Part shown: positions 56,747-64,000 of the stretch, one piece after another
Layout: the number at the start of each line of letters is the position of its first letter
Numbering within the stretch: the first letter of the stretch is position 1
Origin: Bryobacterales bacterium
GTDB taxonomy: Bacteria; Acidobacteriota; Terriglobia; Bryobacterales; UBA6623
DNA: 64,000 nucleotides
Reading direction: 5' to 3'
NCBI GenBank assembly: GCA_965248205.1
Contig: CBDFIS010000006.1
Coordinates: 3,337,149 to 3,401,148 of the forward strand
Program-made: the position numbers and the translations under genes
Notes under the pieces: model-generated
Told to the model about the DNA's origin: nothing
Seen by the model: only the letters and a program-made list of their open reading frames with translations
The model's database searches: none

Positions 56747-58492
56747 CTATATGCCAGGGTTGGTGTTCCTTTCCGCGCGCAGCTTCGTAGTCTCTGTGGT
56801 GTCTATCTGCCAGGTTTTGGGGTCGATGGCCACGCGGTAAACCTCTCGCGCCCGCTCCAGGCTCACTTTGGCCTCGCGCACGTCTCGTAGCACTGCCTGT
56901 GGGTCACGTTCCCCGGGTGGCCCATAGCCGCCGCCACCGCAGGTGCGATAGCTCACCACATCGCCTGGTTTCAGTTCGATGGTCACTTTCGAGCCCAACT
57001 CGGTGGCTTCACGATCAGGATTCAGAACATAGCTGGCCTTGCGACCAGGCAGTCCACCGAAGAGCCCCCACGGCCCCCAGCGATCTCGATCGGCTAGAAC
57101 GGTAAAAGAAAGCTCGTGATCGGGAAAGAGGTAATCCCGGCGGAAGCCCAGCCCGCCGCGATGCCGGCCCGCGCCTTCCGAATCTTCTACCAGTTCGTAA
57201 CAACTGATGCGGAAAGGGTAGTTGATTTCGATCTCCTCAATCGGCGCATTCTCGGTATTCTGGCCGTGGGCCTGGACGGCATCGGGCCCGTCACGCGTTG
57301 CCCGGCCCCCGTACCCGCCCGCGAGGGCCTCGTAGTAGGCATAGAGTTCGCCCGTGCGGGGGTCGGTGCCGCCGAGGCCCACCTGGCATATCATCGCCTT
57401 GGTACCTGCTGGAACACGGTCGGGGACTGCCGTGGCCAGGGCCTTCAGAATCACGTCCGTCAGCCGAGTCTGAGTTTCCCAGCCTCCCACCACCGGTGCC
57501 GGGGCTTTGGCGTTAACCACCGTTCCTTCCGGAGCGATCAGGCGCACCAGGCGATCAAAGCCGGCGTTGACCGGCACATCCGGATCGATCAGGCACTTGA
57601 GCACATAGGCGCAAGCCGAATAGGTCATGGCATAGGTGGAGTTTACGGGCGCCCTCCGCTGGGGATCGGAGCCGCTGAAATCGAACAGGACACCGTCGTC
57701 GTCAATCACAACCTTCACCACTAGATGGACCGGTTCATCGGTAAAGCCATCATTGTCCACATAGCCGTCGGCGGGGAAGACCCCCTTGGGCAGGTTGGCC
57801 AGCTCTGCTCGGGCGCGTCGCTCCGTGTAAGTGATCAATTCATCCATGTAGAAAGTTACTTCTTCACTCCCCCGTTGACTCAATAGTGCGCTCAGCCGGC
57901 GCACGCCGGTATTGTTGGCCGCCAACTGAGCCCGAAAGTCGCCCGCCGTCTCGCGTTGGGAACGGATCTGCGCCAGAACCAGTCGAAGGATGTCGGGCAC
58001 GATTTCGCCACCCTGCACGAGCTTGACCGGAGGAATGATGATGCCCTCTTGGTAGACCTCGCGGAAGGCGCCAATACTGGCCGGCGCTCCTCCGCCTACG
58101 TCTACGTGGTGAACCAGGCTGGCCACATAGCCGAAGAGTTCATCCTGGTGATACACCGGCGAGATGAGAGTGATGTCATTGAGGTGAACTCCGCCTAGAT
58201 AGGGATCGTTCGCAAGAATGGCGTCACCCGGACCCAGCTTCTCGGGTCCGTATTCATTGATGACGCGTGGCAACAGCACCACCAGGGAGCCAAGGTGAAT
58301 AGGCTGGCCAAAAGCCTGGGCGATGGGCCGTAAGTGGCGGTCGAAAAAGGCGCAAGAGAAGTCGGCCCGGGTCTTGATGTTGGTCGAGTAGGCGCTACGG
58401 CGCAGGGCAATCGCCATTTCCTCCGTCGCCTCGATGAGCGCGTTGCGGATAACCTCGAATCGGATGGGATCACGATGGGTGGCAGCGGTCAT
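56747..58492 (-). CDS. hyuB: hydantoinase B/oxoprolinase family protein (HyuB-like)
   Basis: DPIRFEVIRNALIEATEEM..., the LNDPYLGGVHLND-like motif (ANDPYLGGVHLNDI), full-length pattern. The stop codon overlaps the IS target duplication. Confidence 0.85.
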   Translation of the reverse strand: MTAATHRDPIRFEVIRNALIEATEEMAIALRRSAYSTNIKTRADFSCAFFDRHLRPIAQAFGQPIHLGSLVVLLPRVINEYGPEKLGPGDAILANDPYLGGVHLNDITLISPVYHQDELFGYVASLVHHVDVGGGAPASIGAFREVYQEGIIIPPVKLVQGGEIVPDILRLVLAQIRSQRETAGDFRAQLAANNTGVRRLSALLSQRGSEEVTFYMDELITYTERRARAELANLPKGVFPADGYVDNDGFTDEPVHLVVKVVIDDDGVLFDFSGSDPQRRAPVNSTYAMTYSACAYVLKCLIDPDVPVNAGFDRLVRLIAPEGTVVNAKAPAPVVGGWETQTRLTDVILKALATAVPDRVPAGTKAMICQVGLGGTDPRTGELYAYYEALAGGYGGRATRDGPDAVQAHGQNTENAPIEEIEINYPFRISCYELVEDSEGAGRHRGGLGFRRDYLFPDHELSFTVLADRDRWGPWGLFGGLPGRKASYVLNPDREATELGSKVTIELKPGDVVSYRTCGGGGYGPPGERDPQAVLRDVREAKVSLERAREVYRVAIDPKTWQIDTTETTKLRAERNTNPGI

Positions 58493-58917
58493 CGGGATAG
58501 CCTCCTAAGCTGGTGGCCGAATCGCGACCACTTGCGACTGTCGCATAGTTGCCCGAGAAATTCAAAGTAGGGCCTATACGCACCGAGGAGCGTCAGGCCA
58601 GGGTATGACGACCGACACCCACATTCTTTAAGCTCTTTAAGCAAAGGCCGCGGATCTCAACGGCGAGATCCGCGCTACAGGTTTCGTCCTCAGACGGCGT
58701 TGATTCCACGGGAGTTCGGCGGAATTGGGTTTGTTTGGTTTTTTGTGATTGAAGCGCTCCGGAGGCGTCGAGAAGAGTCTCGACGCGGCACGCTGAGAGC
58801 GTGCGCCACGAAAGAATGGGCCACAGGAGAATCGGGGGCTTTCACATGGACTTTGCCTGTGCATTCCTTGAGGCCAAGGACTTCGCCCGGGCTGCTGACG
58901 CAAAGCGACGATACAGG

Positions 58918-58993
58918 TGGTGGGCCCTGTAGGATTCGAACCTACGACCGACGGATTATGAGTCCGCAGCTCTAACCACTGAGCTAAGGGCCC
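58918..58993 (-). tRNA. tRNA with CAT anticodon (tRNA-Ile2 lysidine type or elongator tRNA-Met), encoded CCA
   Basis: GGGCCCTTAGCTCAGTGGTTAGAGCTGCGGACTCATAATCCGTCGGTCGTAGGTTCGAATCCTACAGGGCCCACCA folds as a cloverleaf with a 7-bp acceptor stem and a T-loop GGTTCGAATCC. C4 and C5 in the acceptor stem and overall similarity to E. coli ileX favour Ile2. Confidence 0.9.
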
Positions 58994-59309
58994 TCTGCCA
59001 AACTGCTCCCGATTCTAGCACGCAGTTTGCCGCCCGCCCCGAGGAGAAAAGTATGCCGTATCAGGGACGGTGGGGACCGTCGCGGTTTCCCTCGGTTGGA
59101 AGGACCTGACACCGGTCAGCCTAGTTGCTTTGGGACCAGCCGCCCGTCGAAGCCTTTGATAGACTGAGCCTTAGTCTTACGTCTTCGTTCATAGTTGGCT
59201 TGGCCCGCCCCGGCCATCATCACGCTATGAACCTCGCTCCGCTCCCGGCCTAGCCGGGTACCGAGCGCGGTGGCCCAGAGCCGAAACTTGGGCCTCAATT
59301 CAACAACCC

Positions 59310-60722
59310 ATGAGCAGAGGCAGAAAGATTCTGTTGGGGGTCATTGGTCTCGTCGTCGTCTCAGGCGTCGGCTCGGGGGTTTACCGCTACCTCCAACGGG
59401 GGGTTGTAGGGGTCCAAACAGGCAAGGTTGCCCGACAGGATCTGGTCTCGGTCGTCACGGCGTCGGGGGAAGTCAAGCCTCGCAAGTACATCAACATAGG
59501 TGCTAACAGCATGGGCCGACTTACTGACATCTATGTCCGAGAAGGTGACATGGTCGAGCAGGGCCAGGAGTTGGCCAAGCTGGAAACGGTGCAGCCGGCC
59601 GCCGAGGTCGCCGCCCAGAGGGCCTCGCTCGAACTCGCCAGAGCGGAGCTTGCGGCCCGCGACGCCGCCATTGAGACGAACGAAGCGAACCAAAAGACGC
59701 AGCAGGCATCGTTGAAACGATCTCAGGCTGAATTCCAGCGCGCCAAAATCAACTACGACCGGGCCAGCGAGCTTCTGGAGGACAAGTTGATCGCCCGACA
59801 AGACTATGATCAGCGAAGGGCGGACTACGATGCGGCTGAGGCGGCGGTCGAAGAGGCGGCCGCCCGCCTCGAGCAGCTCCGAGCTCAGCGGAAAGAATTG
59901 GTCGCACAGACGAATTCCGCGCGGCGCCGAGTCGACCAGACGGAAGCTCAACTCCGCCGAGTCCGCGACGTGCTTCAGAAGCACTACTCCGTTGCGCCGA
60001 TCGAGGGTATCGTCACCAACCTTCCGGTGAGGGTAGGTGAAACGGTGGTGCCGGGGATTCAGAATTCGGCGGCGAGCCTGATCATGACCATTGCCGACAT
60101 GTCGCTGATCACGGCGGAGGTCAAAGTCGACGAGACCGATATTGTCGACGTTACCTTGGGCCAGGCGGCCGAGGTCAGCGTTGACGCCATTCCCGGCCGC
60201 ACATTCTCTGGGCGGGTAACCGAAATCGGCAACACTGCGATTCTAAGGACCACCGGCCTAGCGGCTTCCCAGAGCGCCGTGGCGAGCCAAGAGGCCAAGG
60301 ATTTCAAGGTTGTGGTGGCGCTTGACACGCCGACCGACGCGATCCGTCCGGGAATGTCCTGCACGGCACGAATTACCACCGCAACCCGGGAAGGCGCCTT
60401 GACGGTACCGATTCAAGCGTTGACGGTGCGTGAGTCCTCGGACCTCGAGCCCCCACAATCCTCGGATACGGCCCGAGCAGCTACTTCCCTGGGAGATCCG
60501 GACGAAGAGGTCGAAGGAGTATTCGTAGTTACCGACGGCAGCGTTGAGTTTCGCCCCGTGGGAACCGGTATCACAGGCGCCACCCGCATTGAGGTGATCG
60601 AGGGCCTCGAAGAAGACGAGGAGATTGTCACCGGAAGCTACAAGGTTTTAAGAACGATTCGGCCGGGTGCGTCAGTCAAGGTCGGCAGCGAATCGTCCAA
60701 CTGGCGCCGACCTTCGCGCTGA
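59310..60722 (+). CDS. efflux periplasmic adaptor (HlyD/MacA family)
   Basis: N-terminal TM helix, lipoyl-like halves, long coiled-coil (AAEVAAQRASLELARAELAARDAA...), beta-barrel C-terminus. Confidence 0.8.
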   Translation: MSRGRKILLGVIGLVVVSGVGSGVYRYLQRGVVGVQTGKVARQDLVSVVTASGEVKPRKYINIGANSMGRLTDIYVREGDMVEQGQELAKLETVQPAAEVAAQRASLELARAELAARDAAIETNEANQKTQQASLKRSQAEFQRAKINYDRASELLEDKLIARQDYDQRRADYDAAEAAVEEAAARLEQLRAQRKELVAQTNSARRRVDQTEAQLRRVRDVLQKHYSVAPIEGIVTNLPVRVGETVVPGIQNSAASLIMTIADMSLITAEVKVDETDIVDVTLGQAAEVSVDAIPGRTFSGRVTEIGNTAILRTTGLAASQSAVASQEAKDFKVVVALDTPTDAIRPGMSCTARITTATREGALTVPIQALTVRESSDLEPPQSSDTARAATSLGDPDEEVEGVFVVTDGSVEFRPVGTGITGATRIEVIEGLEEDEEIVTGSYKVLRTIRPGASVKVGSESSNWRRPSR

Positions 60723-60779
60723 TCTGCTAGCCGCCAGCGCGGGCCGGTCCAGGGTGGAACAAGAGACGGTCGTGTTCTC

Positions 60780-61568
60780 ATGCGGGTTCGGCTTTCATTT
60801 GGCAAAAAGGCACGGTTGACACCAACGACGGCCACCGAGAGCTCTGATCGGGGTGAGCCGCTTCCCCCCAACGGGGCCGTGATCCGCACTCAGGACTTGT
60901 GGAAGACGTATTTGATGGGCGAGGAACGGATTCACGCCGTCCAGGCCGTGAATCTCGAGATCCAGAAAGGTGAATACGTCGCCATCATGGGACCGTCGGG
61001 TTCGGGCAAGTCGACTTTGATGAACCTGATCGGCTGCCTCGACACACCAACCACGGGGCAGTATCACATTTCCGGCCACCCGGTTAGCGATCTGGACGAC
61101 GATGAACTGGCGAGGATTCGCAACGAAGAAATTGGTTTCGTATTCCAGACCTTCAATTTACTGCCGCGCTTGTCGGCGATTCAGAACGTGGAACTACCGC
61201 TTGTTTACGCCGGAGCGCCCCCCGCCGACCGCCTGGAGCGTGCCCGTCACGCCTTGATGCAGGTGGACTTGCTCGACCGGATGGACCACAAACCGAATGA
61301 GCTTTCCGGGGGTCAGAGACAGCGCGTGGCCATCGCCAGGGCGCTTGTCAACGGGCCCTCGATACTACTAGCCGACGAACCGACGGGGAACCTCGACAGC
61401 GGGACAAGCACGGAAATCCTCGATCTGTTTGATCGCCTGCACGCACAGGGCAATACCATCATCATCGTGACCCACGAGATGGACGTTGCGAAGCACACTC
61501 GACGTGTTATCCGCCTGCGCGACGGCATGGTGGAGAAAGATGAGAGAACTCCACTGCTGTCCGGTTAA
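60780..61568 (+). CDS. ABC transporter ATP-binding protein (MacB/LolD-type); last codons supplied by the IS4 copy
   Basis: Walker [11 protein letters not shown]-loop, signature LSGGQRQR, Walker [10 protein letters not shown]-loop THE. The C-terminus ...[11 protein letters not shown] crosses the IS boundary at 61551/61552. Confidence 0.85.
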   Translation: MRVRLSFGKKARLTPTTATESSDRGEPLPPNGAVIRTQDLWKTYLMGEERIHAVQAVNLEIQKGEYVAIMGPSGSGKSTLMNLIGCLDTPTTGQYHISGHPVSDLDDDELARIRNEEIGFVFQTFNLLPRLSAIQNVELPLVYAGAPPADRLERARHALMQVDLLDRMDHKPNELSGGQRQRVAIARALVNGPSILLADEPTGNLDSGTSTEILDLFDRLHAQGNTIIIVTHEMDVAKHTRRVIRLRDGMVEKDERTPLLSG

Positions 61569-62880
61569 AAGTCGAATAGAATCAATTGGTTGGGGTCATA
61601 GGGGGATTCGTTTGGGGAGTCGGATGGCTGGAGTGCCTGTAAAAGGGGCATTTTTTCGAATTGCGTAACGCTGAGAATCTGTAGAATCTGGTAAAGACTC
61701 GCTTCCAGCCCGAGGCGTTTCCGGACGATGGCGATGAGCACGTAAATCGAGACAGCGATCCAGATCTGCGTCTTGACGGCGTTCTCGCTGGTGCCGTAAA
61801 ACGAGTTGATTCGCAGATGTTGCTTGATCCACTTGAAGAACAACTCAATCTGCCAACGCGACTTGTAGATGTGGGCGATGGTCAGCGCCGGGAGCGCGAA
61901 GTTGTTGGTCAGAAACTTCAGCCGCTTGTTCGTCCGGGCGTCGAAGTAACTGACCCTCCGCAACGGGTCGGGATAGGCTTGGGCCGATTCGATGGCAGCC
62001 AGTATGACGGTCTGATCCGAGCGCAAGCCCGTGGATTTGTCGACGGGATGCGAGTAGCGCCGTTGGAGCAAGATGTTCTTCTTGGTTCGCACGACGAAGA
62101 ACGACGAGCAGAGAGTGAACACGAAGAGGCGTTCGAAATCGACGTAGGCCCGATCCATGACGTAGAACGCGCCGGCCTCCGGGCCGATCTCGTCGAGGAT
62201 GTTGATGTCGTGCACTTTGCCTCCAGTAATGCGGATGAACGTGGGAATATTGCCGTGCAGATCCAGCAGCGTGTGCATCTTCACGGCGGCTTTTTGCTTG
62301 CGGAATCTCGCCCACGGAAACAGCGACAGGCAGAGGTCGATTGTTGTCGAGTCGAGAGCGTACAGAGTCTGGTCCAAGTCCACACCGATCGGGTCGTGGG
62401 CATATAACGGCCGTGCCATGCCAATCAAGACCTGCGCGAAGTCCGCGTAGATCCGCCAGTCGCGCGACTCGTTCGCGTCGGCCAGTGTCGAGCGCGCTAC
62501 CCTGCCGCGGAATCCCATGTGGTAGAGTTTGCCGTGCATCGAACGCAGGCACGTCTCGATGTCGCGGAGGCTTGCCCGATAGGTCAGCTGGGCGAATGCC
62601 ATCGCAAGAAACTGATCCCAGCAGGAGAAACTTTTCAGATAGGAATCGCCGCGGTAGCGCGATACACATTTCTGAAACTCTTTGCTCGGTAGGTGCTCGA
62701 TCAGTTGGGAGAAAACCGTACGGCCAAGGTTCATCCCTCATTGTGCCGCGTCCGGATGCTCCGTTCAGGCGACCATTTGCGGCCTCGGGATTTCAAATCG
62801 TTCCCGGGCAAAACAGGCCATAAGACATTGAACGGTCGAGACTTACCGTCCGATGGCGCGACTTTCCCCGGACAGCACTG
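61552..62880 (-). mobile_element. IS4-family insertion sequence, copy 3 (inverted), 9-bp target duplication AGAGAACTC
   Basis: Direct repeats at 61543-61551 and 62881-62889. Same ends and ORFs as copies 1 and 2. Confidence 0.9.
61565..62734 (-). CDS. IS4-family DDE transposase
   Basis: Protein identical to 8182-9351. Confidence 0.9.
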   Translation of the reverse strand: MNLGRTVFSQLIEHLPSKEFQKCVSRYRGDSYLKSFSCWDQFLAMAFAQLTYRASLRDIETCLRSMHGKLYHMGFRGRVARSTLADANESRDWRIYADFAQVLIGMARPLYAHDPIGVDLDQTLYALDSTTIDLCLSLFPWARFRKQKAAVKMHTLLDLHGNIPTFIRITGGKVHDINILDEIGPEAGAFYVMDRAYVDFERLFVFTLCSSFFVVRTKKNILLQRRYSHPVDKSTGLRSDQTVILAAIESAQAYPDPLRRVSYFDARTNKRLKFLTNNFALPALTIAHIYKSRWQIELFFKWIKQHLRINSFYGTSENAVKTQIWIAVSIYVLIAIVRKRLGLEASLYQILQILSVTQFEKMPLLQALQPSDSPNESPYDPNQLILFDF

Positions 62881-62950
62881 AGAGAACTCATTAAGCCGGG
62901 GGGCGGCGGCGGGTTTGAAAGGCTGTTGCACGGCAATCGAAGGCAACCCT

Positions 62951-64000
62951 TCATTGGACGTAGCCCATGCTCTTGAGTTTGCGCAGTAAATCCTCATCCA
63001 GGATAGCTTCCCCGGGCTCGAGTGCAGTCGACGGTGCGAGGGCGTGAGCTTTAATCATCGCTTTCAAGTATTTCGCTCGCAGCGGATGCTCGCCGGATAA
63101 ATTGGTCTTCTCCCTCGGGTCGGTTTCGATATTGAAAAGTTGCTCGTTCGGTCCGGAGACGGAATTCCAAATAAACTTCCATGGGAAATCGATGACACTC
63201 GCCCCGGCCTCGGTGCCGTCAGCTACATACGAGAAGATTCTTCGGCTCTGATGACTCTCCTGCTCTCGGAAGACGCTCGGGAGCAGGCTAATGCCCTCTA
63301 GGTGCTTGGGCATCTCAATCCCCAAGTAGTCCAAGATGGTGGGAACAACGTCTATGTGTTGCGCCAGATCCCGGCGCCTCTCCCCTTTCACGCCCGTGGA
63401 GGAGGGCAACTTCACGATGAGTGGGATGTTCAGGACTTCGGAATACAAAGTCTTCCCGTGCGCCCAGGAGCCGTGGTCATAGAGCTCCTCCCCATGGTCG
63501 GAGAGAAAGACGATTAACGCATCCTCGTAAAGTTTCCGCTTCTTCAGCTCCTCGATAAGCAGACCGAAACGCTCATCTGCTTGAGCAACGCCGGCGTCAT
63601 AGAGAGAAACCATGTCGTAGATCCGCTCTTGGGTAGCGGCAAGCTCCTCGGCCAGCAGCGCGTCCAGCCAAGCCCTGGACCCCGGCTTCGTTGCGGATGG
63701 ACTCGGCTTACCTTCTCTCTTGGTAGAAATATCTCGCAGTAGAGCTTCCTGTTCCGGCGTGAGATCCGGCTGGCGAAGCGCGCCGGCAAACCTGCGTCGA
63801 AAGCGGTCTGGTGCGTCGTAGGGATCGTGCGGTTCACCGGTGTGTACATAGAGGAAAAATGGCTGCTCGTCGCTCTTGTCAGCTAGCCATTGACGGATCC
63901 GCTGAGGAGCATCCACGTCACGCATGAACTCGATGCCGACGAAACCTTGGTCAACACCTGCTTGTCTGAGCGCGGGGCTCGTAATGATGGCTGTGCTGTT
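62951..64000 (-). CDS. sulfatase-family protein, C-terminal part (5' end outside the window)
   Basis: The frame is open to the window edge. FLSDHGEELYDHGSWAHGKTLYSEVLNIPLIV is typical of the sulfatase C-terminal core. Confidence 0.75.
   Translation of the reverse strand, partial: NSTAIITSPALRQAGVDQGFVGIEFMRDVDAPQRIRQWLADKSDEQPFFLYVHTGEPHDPYDAPDRFRRRFAGALRQPDLTPEQEALLRDISTKREGKPSPSATKPGSRAWLDALLAEELAATQERIYDMVSLYDAGVAQADERFGLLIEELKKRKLYEDALIVFLSDHGEELYDHGSWAHGKTLYSEVLNIPLIVKLPSSTGVKGERRRDLAQHIDVVPTILDYLGIEMPKHLEGISLLPSVFREQESHQSRRIFSYVADGTEAGASVIDFPWKFIWNSVSGPNEQLFNIETDPREKTNLSGEHPLRAKYLKAMIKAHALAPSTALEPGEAILDEDLLRKLKSMGYVQ

Overview
This is a 64 kb chromosomal segment with roughly 58-60% GC by eye. 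I cannot assign a taxon. The gene content (BshC, TAT-exported Gfo/Idh/MocA oxidoreductases, PQQ-type propellers, an M14 peptidase, cdaA-cdaR-glmM) suggests a soil Acidobacteria-like bacterium, but that is inference only.

Housekeeping genes:
- a two-component cluster (partial kinase, receiver, hybrid kinase)
- fabD-fabG, bshC, hemW, ltaE
- clpX-lon-engB-rho, infA
- cdaA-cdaR-glmM
- one tRNA with a CAT anticodon

Mobile elements:
- Three identical 1329-bp IS4-family copies, each with its own 9-bp target duplication. One sits at the hyuB/hyuA junction and one in the last codons of an ABC ATPase gene.
- One IS1380-family element directly upstream of clpX.
- One IS630-family element with TA duplication. 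Its transposase is split on a C6 run.
- At least three families of short dispersed repeats.

Most interesting locus (36.8-38.7 kb): a promoter with MerR/ZntR-type architecture (20-nt spacer with an internal dyad) precedes three envelope genes:
- a small Cys-rich exported protein
- an outer-membrane beta-barrel
- a signal-peptide-bearing MerP-like HMA protein. Its two metal-binding Cys positions are both in-frame TGA (GMH-TGA-PL-TGA), so it is a candidate UxxU selenoprotein.

Other points worth a second look:
- an ArsM-like methyltransferase next to a radical SAM enzyme, with no ars resistance genes nearby
- a frameshifted LolA-like gene
- a conserved double palindrome upstream of two genes in a sugar-oxidoreductase/PQQ cluster
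- about 1 kb of non-coding DNA after rho
- a hairpin-dense 380-nt tract

All calls come from reading the translations and the sequence. No database search was run. Coordinates of non-coding features were counted by hand against the ORF track and may be off by 1-2 nt.
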